The translations under genes and the position numbers were made by a program. Shown piece after piece: positions 48,199-63,670 of a stretch of 64,000 bases of DNA. Source of the stretch: the human T2T-CHM13v2.0 reference genome, Homo sapiens. The notes under the pieces were generated by a model. That model was not told the origin of the DNA. It searched no databases and saw only the letters and a list, made by a program, of their open reading frames with translations. Every line of letters starts with the position of its first letter. The stretch's first letter is position 1. The stretch lies in assembly GCF_009914755.1 (NCBI RefSeq), contig NC_060929.1; one strand, written 5' to 3'.

Positions 48199-49941
48199 AG
48201 AAGTAACATATCTTCATAGAAATTTAAAATCACTCACAATTCAAACATGTGGGAGGTATTTGTGATAATACTTTTAAAGTTTGTATTGTTATTCCTACAT
48301 AGATATAAGTAAATTGAGATTATACTATTTATACTATATTGTAACCTGCTTTTTAAAATTTAACAATATATATTGATAAATGTTCAGTTTCTAAATATTA
48401 TTGATGTGCTTTTAATACATACCTATTTTATGAAATAAATGATTATACTAGTTTTTATAGCCAGTCCATTATTAATGCTACTCCAGTTGATTTTAAGCTT
48501 CTATCATTATAGATAAGGGCATGCTTGTATATACAAATAGGTGCATATTAGAAAATTAGAAATAAGCTATCATGTTGCTGATATAGTAATTTATTTCTAA
48601 AGAAAGACTAAATACTTAAAATAGAAAAGCACATATGATTATATATTTCTGATAGGAAAAATAATATATTTTAGGTGCTATTCATATTTTTAATCCAGAA
48701 AACGTAAGATCAACATGCTGCATGATAAGTAATGTTTTTATATTTTATACTTAAACTGAGTTTCAATAAGGGAATGAGAAAAGTGATGCCAGCCTCTTTT
48801 AAAGAAATATAATTTGAACATTAAAAATGTTTACTATCTTAATTTCCAAGCCAATAAAAAAGTGTAAGAGCTATTTTTCCTGTATATATTATCATTATTT
48901 AGCAAAACAAAGTAGGGACAAGGGAGATGTGGTATCTGGCTCACTGCAGGGGGATTATTACAATTCAGATCAGGAGGCCCCCTAGTCTGTGAACACATTC
49001 CCTGACCTGTCACTGCCAGTTTTAGCAAAGCTGTAGTTGCCTGCACCTGTAAAGAGAGAAACAGACATTGCCTTTGTGGGGCTTATCTTTTGAAAGAAAA
49101 ATATATTACCAATCCAATGTTCTGAAGCTAGACTCCTGAAGCTGTTTTTACAGAAGCAAAGTGAAACAAAATATTTTACCTAAAGAAGCCTCTTTCCAGT
49201 CTGTGTTCGCATGTGTGTGGCTTTGATAACACAGCTTTCCATGCCATCAGTATCCTGAATGCTGAACAAAATCAGAAAGTATTCTCCAGTTCTTCTGCAT
49301 TCTAGACATCTCAAAACAATATACGGGGTTTTGTTTGCTTTCTTTCTTTCTGCTGTAGGAAGTAACCATGTCCATAAAAGCAATACTACTATTTCTCAAT
49401 ATAGATGATGAAGAACAGCTGCCTTTGCCTAAAACCCTCTTTGTGTTAGCATCAGAGGGCAGAGCTGCTTTTCTTAGCATATAAGTTACCCCACACTGGC
49501 AATGTTTGACTTTTATTGCTTACAGAATCAGGTAAAAAAACATCAGCTGTAGTCTAAGACACTTCCTTCTTACAACTATATTTGACCAACAAAATATAAA
49601 TCTCAAAGGTTCATTCTATGTTTCAGGAAATATGTAAAACACATTTAAATGACTGACACTTAAATGAATCAACTTCAGAAAAATTCTGTTTTTCTCTTTG
49701 CAAAGTGTAGTAAATACAGTTGTGCGTGGGTGTATGTATATGTCTTACTTGTATTTCTTTCTTTTGTCAGGATCTTAAACATCTACTGTACTTTAATTGT
49801 TAAGATTTATTTCCCTCATTCGTTTCCCTATCCTCAGCACCCAGCACAGAATCTACTACAAATATTTAATCAATGGTTGCTTAAAAAACAGCATATTGAA
49901 CGAATGAAACTCTTAAATCTTTCTTCTATGGTAAAAATGTC

Positions 49942-50056
49942 TAGAGTCAATTATTTGGTATAATAATTAATGGAAAATAAGAAGAGTAAAAAGAACCCCA
50001 GAAAGTCAATTATTTGTTATAACAGCTAATGGAAAATAAGAAGAGTGAAAAGAACT
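49942..50056. repeat. Diverged ~61-bp tandem duplication
   Basis: agtcaattattt..tataa.a..taatggaaaataagaagagt.aaaagaac twice. Confidence 0.8.
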
Positions 50057-51155
50057 ATACAGCCTTACTTTCAGCTAATTATTTGGTTAAGAAAGGATTT
50101 CAATTGGTGTATTTCTCATGTGATTTCACTATTCCACCTTCTGCTCAGTTTCAAATTCAATGGAGGGGGATAAAAATAATTATGTGTTTTACATTTGTTT
50201 ATTTGCATTTGTATGTTAACAAACAAGGACCTGTCCTACAGCCATTAAAGCACAATTTTAGAGACAGAGTGATTCTACATACATAGGCTTTGCAGCAGAG
50301 ATGTATATAAAGGACAAACATGTTAGGATTCTCTATATATTTGAAAAACGAAATAACGCAATAAAGCTCATTTTATAAAAGGACACTAAAAAAGTGAGGA
50401 TACTGTCAAATTTAGGTTGGGATAGTAAGTAGTACTATTTAGAATTACAAAGAAAGAGCAAAAATAGAAAATTTAAAGAAACTTGTCAAAACAAGGAAGC
50501 AAGCTGAAAGGGAGAAAAATTGGATTTTCTACAACTGGCATACAGGTTGTCAACGTTATCCAAAGTATATAAACCCCATTACGTCTTCATAGAATGCCAA
50601 CTACATTGTGAAAATTCCAATAAATGATGATAAGCCTAAAATTTATGATATGTCAATATATCTACCACATACCTTTCCAAAGGAATGACCCACCAGATCT
50701 ATCCTGAGTTGTTTATATAAATCCTAATTGCAATTTATAGTTCTGTATTAAACTTTATTTGCAATCAATTATCTAAGATCAGCCTAACAATTGAGATAAA
50801 GTAGAACTAGAAAAAGATTAAGAGTTCAGGAAAATACACTCCTAGAGTTTTGATACTACATTCTAGTCACCTTTTTACATCTAACAGTATCAATTTACAG
50901 CTGTGGAAATTCAGACATAGCCCTATTTTTGGAAAATTCAACAAAGAAGTATTAACATTGCATCTTTCATAGGCTTAGAATTTTTGATCCAAAAGCTATT
51001 TAAGATAAAATCTCATTTTGCTTTCCATTACAGAGATGACAAAAACAGCTAGAGATCATGAAATGAATTACACACATCATGTGGCCTATACTATCACAGT
51101 TGGGAGAAGAAATAAAGTCCCTTCATTCTTCAGTCCAATTCTCTTTCCTGTGAAT

Positions 51156-51160
51156 ACACA

Positions 51161-51213
<53 letters not shown>
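51156..51213. repeat. (CA)n microsatellite
   Basis: About 28 CA units with one interruption. Confidence 0.95.
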
Positions 51214-51216
<3 letters not shown>

Positions 51217-53707
51217 TTCTGGCAATGTTTCTTACAAGTCTTTTTAGCAGACTAAACAAGGATCAGAGTTAATCTTTGGATTAAGTGTTTGGATGTAGCC
51301 AAAATAGTTGAATTTATCTCTATAGGAGACAATCAATGTTTTCTACAAGCAAATCAATATCCCAAGGTTACAGTTTCTGATTGTACTTAATTCTCCTTGC
51401 TAAATGTACCTTATTAATTATTTTGAAACAAGGGCCAAGTTTGTGGCTAGAGCAAATCAAAACTTCAAAAGAAGGAAGGAAGGAAGGAAAAGAGGAAGAA
51501 CAAAACAGAGAAAGATAAGAAAAGAAAACTAGGAAAGGCTCCAAATCTATGCTTAATTGATGGCTACCAATTTGAGTTCTCCTGAACCTGTTCCAATACT
51601 GTGCTGAGAATTTTAGCTGATCATGACTGCTATGCCAAGCTCATATAACACGTTCAGTTTTAAATCCATTATGATATCTTGGACTTCCAGTTAATAAAAT
51701 AGTATTTAAATTCTGATCATTTTCAGTAAAAATAAGAATAATTACAGATCTGAACTGTACTTGGGGAGTAAAAGATGCATAACATTTTTTAAATGCTTTC
51801 TGTGATAATGCTAGTAATTCCCTTTGGTTTTGTTTATTAATTGATATGCAATTCTTGATAAACAGCTTCTGGTTTAGTCATGTAGATGTTCGGCAAGGCT
51901 CAGAGTGATGTGGTTATCAATCATGGTGATGAGCTGTCTTGTTGTTTGATATGAACTTTCCTAGAATGGAATACAACTTCCTTTAAAGAATCCTGGAACT
52001 CTAGGGTAGGTGGTGGGTTTAGGGTGGTGGCGGGAAAAAGTAAAGTATTTCATTGTTGTCACTTTTCGCAGGTTCTGCCATCACATGCAGTTAGTTACTT
52101 AGGCCAGAGATTAATTTGGATTGTAAAAGAAATAAGCTTTTTTCTTCTAGTCTAATTTTATTCACTAGGGTTTTAAAAGCCACAAATTCTTCTTGTGGCA
52201 GAAACTCACAGTATGTATTAAAAGTGTTTATTTTTATTTTAATAAATATATAAAGTTTTACGTTTATAAAAATGTTTGCATCAGTTTACCTACAATACTA
52301 AATCTTTTGGAAAATAATTTAAAAAATGGTTCACAGGGATATGACCTATGGCCATTCTCCTCCTTAAAAAAATCTGTGATGCTGCCTGATTTGGTTTCAG
52401 GAAAAGCAAAAGCATGATATCCATCTCTGTTTTCTCCATTAAAAAACCCGCTTGATCTAAGTATTGACTCAATAATTTGTTGAAATAATAACTTAATTGA
52501 GGAAGTAATCATATCTTGTAATTTAATAATATGGTATAATGGTTGGAAAGAGTAACCAAACAACCAGCAAAGCTTCACGTACAACTAACTGGTCTTGCTC
52601 TTGATAGAAGGATTTAGTACTTCACGTTTGCCTTTGATCCCCTTTATCCCCTTTTCATACCCTTTATCTTCTATAGTAACAAAGTTCTCCCGCATCTTGC
52701 TCTTGTTCTTATCTTTTGAACATCAACATCTGCTAGCAGTTATCTCATTTGTACCGCACTGTAAATGACTTAGAAGAGTTTTGATCATTGCCTTTCAAGT
52801 TAATTGTAAAATTTCAAGCATGGGTGGATCATTTGAATGCGTGTTTGCAGCAACTATTTAGTCTAAGTTGTGGTTGAGGGAAAAAGAGGGGATTCAGAAA
52901 TTATACTAATAGAACCTCAGCAAAAACAGGGCCACAATAAAAGGAAAATTCAAGGGAGTGGCAGGAGAGAACAAAATGAGGTCCAGAAAGGCATAATGAG
53001 TTCAGAAATTGGCCCATTAGAAAAGAAGCGGGAATTGCAGACATATCTCTTTGTAAGCAGACACACCTATAGAAATATTTGTGCATCTTTTTCTTGCTAA
53101 ATAGTGCAGCTTACATTTATTGTCACCAGTAATATTTAACAAAGCCTTAGAATTTTTAGTGTAGTACCCCAAAATCAGTTTGGTAGCACATTCAACTTTT
53201 CGAAAATAAGAACTTCAAGTATTCTTGCAATTTTGATGTCTACTGCAAAATGACATGAGTGAAGTAACCCTGCTACTGATTGTTTTCAGTGGGTGAAATA
53301 TATTTTCTTATCTACTGATATATAGAAACAAGCAAGTGCAACATTAAGAATGAATCATGTCATTCTTCTCTACTTCTGGTTTTGAAGCCCAGTAGAGTTA
53401 TAAAGAAACAAATTTGTAAGAAAAGTGTACCAACTGAAATGGCTCCTTACATAAACAGCTGCCAGTGAGATTTTTTTTCTGTCATTAATTATAACCAAGG
53501 AATAAAGTTCTTTACAACCCTTTACATCACAGAAAAGGTATTTGAGTTTTTTATTTTAATTAATTATTCGCTGAAGAAACCATTTACAGTATTTAACGCC
53601 TGCAAGAGGTGCTGAGTTAGGTGCTAGTCCAAAGAGATGAGTGAGAGAAATAGATTTTAAACAATTAAAGTATAGAATGGTACTAGCATAAAGAAAAGAT
53701 AAATATT

Positions 53708-54015
53708 GGCTGGGCAGAGCGGTTCATGCCTGTAATCCCAGCACTTTGGGAAGCCAAGGCGGATGGATCACCTGAGGTCAGCAGTTCGAGACCAGTCTCA
53801 TGAGTATAGTGACACCTTGTCTCTACTAAAAATACAAAAATTAGCCAGGCATGGTGGCATGAGCCTGTAGTCCCAGTTACTCAGGAGGCTGAGACAGGAG
53901 AATTGCTTGAACCCGGGAGGCGGAGTTTGCAGTAAGCCCAGATTGTGCCGCTGCACTCCAGCCTGGGCAACAGAGGGAGACACCGTCTCAAAGAAAAAAA
54001 AAAAAAAAAAAAAAA
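53708..54015 (+). mobile_element. AluSx-like
   Basis: Full dimer with a long poly(A). Confidence 0.92.
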
Positions 54016-54565
54016 GAAAGCATAAATATCTCAGGTTATGAATATTCCCAGGACACTGATTTGATTACAAATATACAAATGTATTAAGTTATCACGAGTA
54101 TCCAAACACTATGTATATCTATTATGAATCAACTTGTAAAGTATAATGTGTACTTAAAAAGTGTAGAAACACAAACACATACATGTACACAAATACCCAC
54201 AATAAATATGCAGTTTGAAAGAAAGAAAATCTTTCTTTATACAGCTATATTTATTTATAATTTTATTCAGATCATTTAAAGAACATTACCCCTTTTTTGA
54301 ATTTAGTTGCATTCTAGGACTCCAGGTTTTTTTGACCAGCATTTAAAACCAAGGCAGAGTTTATTTATCTTTCATCTGTAAAAGGGGTAACCCTTGGCAA
54401 CACGAAAAGAAATCTAACATTATCCTTTAGTAATAACTAAAGGATCTTTCTCTGGATACCTTGTGACTGCTCCTCAGCCCTCTAATATCTCCCATATTTA
54501 TAATAACTGCATAGAGCATAAGTGGTTCACCATATTTGCTCAAGTCAATTAAAATGTGAAGGGAA

Positions 54566-54612
54566 ATTACTTTTAACTGCAAAAACCAAAATTACTTTTG
54601 CACCAACTAATA
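54566..54612. mobile_element. Half of a MADE1 (Hsmar1-derived MITE)
   Basis: attacttttaactgcaaaaaccaaaattacttttgcaccaactaata matches one mariner TIR; the other arm is missing. Confidence 0.7.
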
Positions 54613-57600
54613 CGTAGCAAATAAATTGAAAAAAAAAAAAAAGACTAGTTCTCAGAGAACTGGTCTCTTTTAGCCTGCTATACTGTTCCTCCTTAGTTGA
54701 CTTTCAAGGCTGTTCAGCTGCGCTCACTATAAAGGGACAGTAGTAGCCTATAGCACAGAGAAGAAGACAGAGCTGGAGAGAAATGAGTAAATGTGCAAGA
54801 AGCTTCCAAAGTGATCGGAGAGAAATGGAATGTATCTCCCCCTCACACTCCTTCAGCTTACCTCATATACCCCATCTTTAGAGGTATTATTTGTGGGTTA
54901 ACATATGTGGTCTAAACCATAAATGTAGCAAATATGGGCATTAAGATTCCACATGGGAAGATACAAACAAAACTGAGTAGGCCAGCGGCCCTGGCACTGA
55001 GTAGAGAAGAGAAACTGTGGTTCTGTCTTCCTATATGTCATTAATGCGTGGAAGCTTCTTGACTTAGCCCATCAGGACGCTCATCCTGCCCTTAAGGAGC
55101 TGCTCTTCCACAAGCAGTCTTCAGTCCATTAGAGCAGCAGGGAATGTTTCCAGAGCTCCATATGAATCAATTTGGGAAACTGCATCACCTTGTTAGCCAC
55201 ACAGCTGCGCTTTTCTTTCTCAGGGCTCAGCTCAGCTGCTGATGTTAGACAGCCTTGTGCCACAAGAAGTGTGTCAGAGCCCAGAGGAGCCACTGCCCCC
55301 CACCCAGTCAGGGACTGGAGTTGAATTCTACCATACTGGAGAGAATCTAGCCCTGCCCAAGTGCCCAGGTAGTAGCCTTCATGATTGAAGGTAAAGATCA
55401 GCAGGAAACTGGCTTCCTTCAAATAACTGTGCATGAGGGTACAGATAGGAAGATCCCCCAGGCCTGGAAGCAAACACAGCCTGGGAGCCCACTCTAGCAT
55501 TGGGTAGGATCTCTCAAATCTCAGTTATTTTCATCAGTGTGTGGCTCTTGGCTGCAACCCAAGCACCAGGATAACAATGGACCAGGCAGAACAATTCCCT
55601 TCCCTTGGGAGCTAGCAGATGTGCAGAGGTGTCTCTTCTAATCTTAAATTGAATTAAAGCCCTGAGAGAAGGTGCATTGGCTTCCATGCCTCTACATAGT
55701 GTAAGGTTTGAATGCTGAACTCTGGGCATAAATGAGGCACAGTATCTGCTATGCCAGCTGGAATGACAGCCAGCTTAATCAAATAGAATTCATTCCAAAA
55801 AAGAAATTGAGAGTCACCGATGGAGAGTGAGAGTGAGAAAAATACAAATACATATTTATATGAGCTTGAAAAATTATAATACTGGAATTCCTCTTATAAA
55901 CCAATTTGTTTCAGTACCAACTCTTTTCCAAACATAGATTATTATCTTCACAGCTTGGACAATTAAAAAGTGTCAAAATAACAATTTTCTCTGCTCAAAA
56001 ATCTAAAAGATGGCATCCTCTTTTCATTATATGTAAACTATTTCACAAGCTGTGACATGAATAAAATGCAAATCAGATTATTACAATTCTCAGCAGCTAA
56101 TGGGAACTCTACCTCTTTCTCTTCCATTCACCATTGAAATACCAGATTGTTATAAAAGCCTTTAAAGACTGAACTTGAGAGACCGAGTGTCGTGTCCAAT
56201 GGCTAATTCAAGGTGATCTACAACCTAATTGATGTATAAACAAGTATAGTTTTGCTGTTATTTTGAAATCAAAGAATCAAGTAAGAAGACTGACAAATGA
56301 TGGAAAACACGTGAAACAAAAAAAACTTTTTTTATCTAATGCTTGATAGATGGCTAAACTTCTTAACACTGCCCGCTTCCCAGATATTTCAGAAAAATGA
56401 GACTATAGATTGACGAAGTATTAAATCTGTGGTAGCTTATCCCTCTTGAGTTTATTGGCTTATTTATTCTTATCAGTATAATTTGTCTACAAGCACATGT
56501 AAAAAGTCTCAATTTAGTATGTTGCTAGAGAAAAAGTCAAAGGAAAATAAATAGAACTTTGAGGTTTCTGCTCTTTATTCAGAATCATTGGAAAATACAA
56601 GCCAACCAAAAAAAATTAAATTCTACCTACAACTAAATCTGAGAAAAAAATATTGAGTTCATAAAGATGAACATATAAGTTTTATTTTGATAGAAATTGC
56701 CAACAAATATAATCAACTGAAATGTTGCTCAGTAAGGAGAAAGGGGAAAAAAAGGTTATATAAATACAATGACAGCAAGGTATTGTCATTTTCAAAGACC
56801 CTATGCCTAACATTCACAGGGTTGCTTTTTACAAATCTGGTTGACAGAAATTTTCAGCATTCATCCAGTAACTGAAATGTATTGGTCAGTACTATAGGCT
56901 TCATATGACTGTGAGCATCTAGAAAGCTCTGGTTTCCTCCGAGCGGATGACATTTATCTATTTTGTATTTTGCTTACAAAAAAATGTTTCCCAAGTGATA
57001 CCTTGATATTTTATGAAAAAAGATGTTACTGAAGAGAAATAAAGCCTCAAACGTCTGTTACGTTGAATGAAAATGTACTGACAAAGGTGATATCAAGTTT
57101 TTAGAGACAGTATCATTAGCCTGTCCCATATTCTTCAGAGTTTCTGAGTTACTCAAAATGAAACTGACAGGATTATGGACTATCATGTGAAATTTTGATT
57201 GTATTGAAGCCAGCTCTAAAAGAATCCTAGAAACATGAACATATTACATCTTAGTTTTGTATACATATGCTTGCAATAAAACTGCTTTTATAGTAAGATT
57301 TCATAAATATTCCTCATATAATTTATAAGATAAAAACTCAAGGTTACAAAACATATTTATCAGAGCTATTTTGAAAATGAATTTAAAAAATACAAATAAA
57401 AGCTAAATTTTGACTTCTTCCATGTATTACAATATTTCTTTGTCTTCTGACACCAACAAAACATTTTCAGCAGATTGAAATTTTAAAGGCTTCTACACTG
57501 TAATTATATTACAGAACACAATGTCATTAAAATGTAAAGCAAATGGAATAGGTTATATGCCATTTAATGTTCTGATATTTTTATTTAAATTGAGTAGGTT

Positions 57601-57824
57601 ATATGCCACTTAATATTTCTGATATTTTTATTAAAGTCATCATAAAATTGACATGTTCTTTCTTAATGACAGGCATGACCTTATGTAGTAAAAGTACTTT
57701 CTTGAATATTAAACAACTGCTGAAATCACCAGAATAAATAAAAAACTTGGCTTACTTTAGGAATAAATTATAGGAAAAATCTATATGTAGGGCCTTTTAG
57801 TATACATTAAATTTTTTTTCTGTT

Positions 57825-58003
57825 TTTCTTTTTAATATTTTATTTTATTTTTAGAGACAGGGTCTCACTCTGTGAGACCAGGATGGAGTTTAGTGGTGTG
57901 ATCTCATATGTCATAGCATCCTCAAACTCCTGGTCTCAAGTGATTCCCCTGCCTTGGCCTCCCAAAGTGCTGGGATTGCAGGCATGTACCGCTGCACTCA
58001 ACC
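57825..58003 (-). mobile_element. Alu monomer / FLAM-like (or internally deleted AluJ)
   Basis: tttagagacagggtctcactct...caaactcctgg.ctcaagtgat...cccaaagtgctgggatt. Confidence 0.8.
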
Positions 58004-58035
58004 TAAAATTTCTTTTAAAAAATCTATTTGAGAAA

Positions 58036-58384
<349 letters not shown>

Positions 58385-61300
58385 TTATGAAAAAAGTTTG
58401 AGATAGATTCAGAAAGGAGTCAAGCTGAATGGAGAGATGTAATCATGAAGAAAGGAGAGGAAATCTGGTCTGTATCGCTTGAATTTTATCATGGAAGTTA
58501 AACAAAAATGAGTTGATCTAAGAGAAGGAATTTATGAGGGAAAAGGCAGATCTTCATGGCCCGAAACTCTGTTTTAGTCTATCTCACACAATTTCTCCTG
58601 TTTTCCAGGAAAACTTTACTTTTCACCTCGCCAATATGGTCTTTCCACCTCTGTGATTTAGTTCTTACTCTCCTTCCCACCTGGGGGTTGTTCCCTCCTA
58701 CCTTTTCTGTATTTGCTGTAAATTACCCATCCTTAACATCTAAATTTAACAATCATAAATACCATGGAGTTATCTGTGATCTTTCTAGCTAGAATTAATT
58801 TTCTTCTCTCTGATGCTTTCAGAACAGTTTCTGCTTAAAGTATTTATTGCATGCCACCTTGCATTACAAATCTTTATGTACACATTAGCTTTATTCCTGG
58901 TTTTATAGATCTCTTGAAGGCAAGGGCAGTCTGATTCACCTTGCATTCCTCATAATACTCAGAGAACCTAGTATAAGGCCATTTTAGAAAATAGATACTT
59001 GATACAATTCAGTGAAAGCATGTCATGGACATGTTAAATCAAGACCCTAGTTGAGGAGTTTGCTAGGAACGAGGCTAAAGCTACAAACTTTCAAGTATAT
59101 TTGTGCTTGGGATAAAATCAAGGCTGTGGGCTTTTTAGGAGAGAAGGAGAAATCTCAAAATTTAAACTCATTTACAATTTAAAAGGTATGAAATATTTGA
59201 GGTCATCTAATGGCAAAGCAATCAGTTTTCAGAGGCATTTGAGGCATGGCATTCAAATTGTCTTGGCAAAGATATTTATAAAGAAATGTATAGAGGATTA
59301 ACCTATAACGATTGAGAAAGTTATTTAAAAGGTTTGTTTTAAAAAGCTCTTATTAGTAATAACAATTATTAATATAATAATAACATTCTTCTAGCTTTTT
59401 TGAATATTAACTATAATATATGAACCATACTAAATGCTGTGTGTTTATTATATAATTTTAATACTTGTGATAGAATTCATTTTGTTCTTACAATAATCAC
59501 TATATAATTTCCATTATAAAGATGAGAAAATCAAGACTAGAAAATGTGCTTGAAATTTTATAATCCTCAAGTTATTATTGAACATTTTATTCATATATCT
59601 ATATGGAATTTATATATACAAATCCACAGATTTTATATATCTAGCTAGATACATAGATAGTTACAGGTACTTACAGACCATTTTAAAGACTTAATAAAAG
59701 TTAATTTTGATATTAACATTGAATAATTTGGATCTTCAATATATGCTATTTACAAGCATCACTTTTGGCACTAGCTCTCTAAAGTATACATTCATGAATC
59801 CCAGAGCATATATCCATGTCTTGTGGTAGCTATCACAGGAAATAATATGTGCCTCAATTCCTGTGGAAGGCAGGAGGGAGGCAATAAAGAAAGGAAGGAA
59901 GAAATGAAGTACAAAGCAAACACTATAAACTGGCTATTCAAGTAAACAATACGTTATTATTCTAACGATAACCATTTATTAGTGAATAATAATACAATCT
60001 ATATATGACAGGTATGTAGTATATTTAATAGCTATTCTAAATAATTAAAATGCCAAAGGTTATATCACATCATCTTATATCATGTTATATTAGCTATAGC
60101 TGTACAAAATGCTGTTATACTTACTATGTGTAAAAACAAACCATGCCAATTCATTAAAAAACTGGTAGTGACCTGGGAGCTCTGCCACCGTAACAACCAA
60201 ATGCTGGATATTACACTAGAAATGTCATGGTATTTATCTTTTTTCACTAAGGGTGGCCCATTTCTGATTTGGACTTTGAACAGAAAACACATATTTCAAT
60301 AACAAGTTTAAAATCGGTCCCCGACTCCGACAGCCAATGCCCACCACAATTGCAGCACAATTCAAGAGAGTGCTGAAGACTCTGCAGAATTAATGCAATG
60401 AGAAAAGGAACTTTGATAGCGAATGCTCAGAATGACGATGGGCTACAGAATCATACAGTCATCTTTAAAACCTCTGCCTAAATAAAGATGATAAATCCTT
60501 GAGAAAAGAAGTGAGCATCACAGCCCACATAGCACATGCCACACTGCAAACAAAAGTCCAGGCTATTCTTTCTCATTGTTGTTTCTGCCATGCCGCATTT
60601 CTGGCACAGAACAGTTGCTCAGTAAATATTGTGAAATAATATAAATGAATTTAAACGTTTGATTTAAATTCAGCCAGAGAAGAGATTGCTCATATTTCTT
60701 CAGGGTTTTCTCTAAACCCTTAGTGAAGTGATACATTTTATAGTACACATTGCACATTTTCCATTGTAAAATATAAGTTGAGTCATGTTCAAGAAAATTT
60801 TGGGGATTTTCTAAGGTCAACATATAAAGTTCAATATTGAAAAAAACATGTTTTTGTATGCCTAGAACTTATAAGTCATATTATTATAGTCTAATTCCAA
60901 TCCTGAGAGTGAACAAAAAAAGTTAAGTGCACCTCTGATAATTATGTTCAATTATGGCTTATTTCTAACTGGCATAGGTCCATGTTACACATAATAAGAT
61001 CCCATGTAAAACTTCAGCCATTCAAACCCAGGTAAATAGCTTTGAGTTCATAATTTTCAAATATCTTTTTTCAAAAACTTGTTGGAACTGTTCTACTTCT
61101 ATGACATTCTTTCCCAACTGACTTTAGAAGTGACATCTCAATTTCCTTTTATTTATGTCACTGGAACTACTGCTTCAATGCTTTCTGATTTCATACCTGC
61201 ATAATAAAATTCCTGATTCGTCCATCACATTTTGGCAAACAACCACCGCCACATCTCTCTGGATACTGGCTTTATCAACCCTCCAGATTCATTTCAACCA

Positions 61301-61984
61301 GCCACCTCCACATATGATTTTCCAACCACTTTGAACTCCCAAGCAACCAGGTGTTCTCCCTCACTATGATCTGCTTGCACCTGATCCAGGCTTGACAAAC
61401 AACATCATCATCCAGCAGTGGTTTATATCCATCATGAGGTTTTCCAAACATCAGTCATTCAATTATTTCCTTCACAAGTTTTGCTCCAACTGTATATAAT
61501 TTGCTGTGTTATAATTATGACTTTATTGTATAACATACTCTATGATAAAAGGGATATATTCTTGTTCTGCTAGCCACTGTACGTGCAGAGATTACAATAA
61601 TAATCGTCATGTACTGCTCACTTAGGAAACATTGTTGAATAAGCAAGTGAACAGATGAAGATATCACTGGATGGAATCTTTCAAAATTATGCACTATATG
61701 CAAAGCAATATTATTCAATTCTATCTTTATTCTGCTGCCTTCTGTAGGATCTGTCTTAGAGATATGTTGCCTCTTGATTATGAAGGGAGACTTGCAAGTG
61801 ATAAACAAAGGTAAATTGTTACTAGTAAACCAAATTGAGGTGCTCTCTCTCTCTCTACATATATGTATAATATAAGTATATATATTACATATGTATTATA
61901 TGTATATATGTATATATGTGTATATATATATATCTCCCTCGCTATTTCTCTTTCTCTCTGTCTCACTCACTGTCTCTCTTTCAG

Positions 61985-62148
61985 ATCTTTGCTACTCTAA
62001 GTATGTTTCCAGAGCCAGTGGATTAAGTACCATGCAGAGAGTTTTTGAGAAATGCAGAATCTCAGGCCCCATATCAGACTTAATGCAGAATCCATGGTTT
62101 AACAAGTACCCAAGTGATTCATATGTCCATTATATCTGAGAAGCTCTG
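61985..62148. mobile_element. MER5A-like DNA transposon relic
   Basis: agaaatgcagaatctcaggcccca...tttaacaag....caagtgattcatatg. Confidence 0.7.
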
Positions 62149-62237
62149 TCTTCCATATAATCAGAAAGAGTTAAAAGAGAATTGAAAAAGAAAATATGTT
62201 TCTCACTAGGTAACCCAGCATTACTTAATTCTAAATG

Positions 62238-62428
62238 AGTGCTAATAGAACTTTTTGCAGTGACAGAAATGTTCTCTATCTGCTCTGAACAATAACCACA
62301 TGTGGCTATTTATCACTTTAAAAGAGACTAATATAAATAAGAAACTAAACTTTAATTTTGTTCAATTTTTTTTAAAATTTATTTTTAATTAGTCAATGTA
62401 GCCAATGGCTATTATGTTGGAGAGTATG
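62238..62428. mobile_element. MER3-like DNA transposon relic
   Basis: aatagaactttttgcagtgacagaaatgttctctatctg...ccacatgtggctat. Confidence 0.65.
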
Positions 62429-62739
62429 ACTCTATTAGATATGGGTAACAACAGCTAAACATTGGGGAACACTTGTATGCTGATTTAAAGATGTTGCATA
62501 AATGGAAGAATGATAAGACGAAGAATTGAGCCCATGAAAACATTAGGAAAATAAGACTGCGCATTCAAATTATTATGTCATAAATTTTACAATTTACAAA
62601 TGAGTTAAGACGCTAATGATAATATTTCAAAATAATAAATGGCCAAGGCTGCTACTTAGAGTTAAGAAAATGAAAACAACCATTAGGTGCTGCTCTCCTT
62701 CATATCCCATTAAAATAATGATAAAAATAAATACAATTA

Positions 62740-63670
62740 AATAAATAAAAATTAAAATGAGACTTGGAAGAAACAATAACGACAACATTTTAAATTCTGG
62801 GAAGCAGAAAAATAAGTGGTAATTAACAGTGTGCCCCAAATGTTGAATTCTACACAGCAATAGTAGGGAAATTGGAGAGTTACTAGAATTTGTGCTGCAG
62901 ATGCTTTATGAGAAACAAGGTTGGTGATACTTAGCTCCCTGTGAAAATAGTGCTAAAGAAGAGATTGTAAGTACGTTTGAAAAACGTACGTAAGAAGCAT
63001 GCAAATAGATCCCAACAGTTCTTCTCTCAGTCTACTCAGCTAGGGGACTGTCTTCAACTCCCTTCCTGCCCTTACCCCTTATTGCCTACATATGCTTCAG
63101 AAGAAGGCTAAGGGTTCGTTATCTTAAAGGGGGAAAGGAGTGTCTTGGACACCAGCCTTAGCTGTCAGACAGGTCTCATCTTAATTCTGAAAACAGAATT
63201 AAGAGAAATTTACTTTCTAAAAGTTAAACCTGTACCGGTTTCCCCTATTTGGTGCCTAGAACTCCAACAGCCAGGTTTATATAACAGTGTCATAAAATAG
63301 AAGTCTTTTCTGGATAGTTGGATCAGCCGAGAGAAAAATAAAAACAAAACAAATAAAAACACAAATGAACAATAGAAGTCAAAAGATACAGTGAGAAAAT
63401 CTTCAAGAAGGTAAGGTAAGAACACAAATAGATGGAAAGTAGGAGCCAAAAGATAAGAAAACTCAAAGAAAAGTATCTGAATAGTAGTTCCAGAAAAGGA
63501 ACAGAAAATGAGACACAAAAAAAGCCATCAACGACATAATTCCCAATTTATTCCTTAGAAAAAAAGACATGGATTTCCAGATTAAACTGTCTTGTTAAGT
63601 GTCCTGCATGATGGATGAAAATAGACATGCAGCAATATTCAAGACTGATAATTTCCAACCATCAGGGATC
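62740..63670 (+). mobile_element. Ancient L1 (L1ME-like) 5'/ORF1 remnant
   Basis: A-rich strand bias; aatagtagttccagaaaagga and ttccagattaaa resemble old ORF1 motifs. Very degenerate. Confidence 0.45.

Noticed and set aside
54950-55800. GC-richer stretch with a 123-aa minus-strand ORF
   Set aside because: No recognisable domain, no ATG start and no convincing splice pair; may be an old repeat or enhancer, which sequence alone cannot decide.
60200-60600. Non-repetitive stretch with several CpGs and a CCAAT, as a possible promoter or enhancer
   Set aside because: Too short and CpG-poor for an island; needs conservation or chromatin data.
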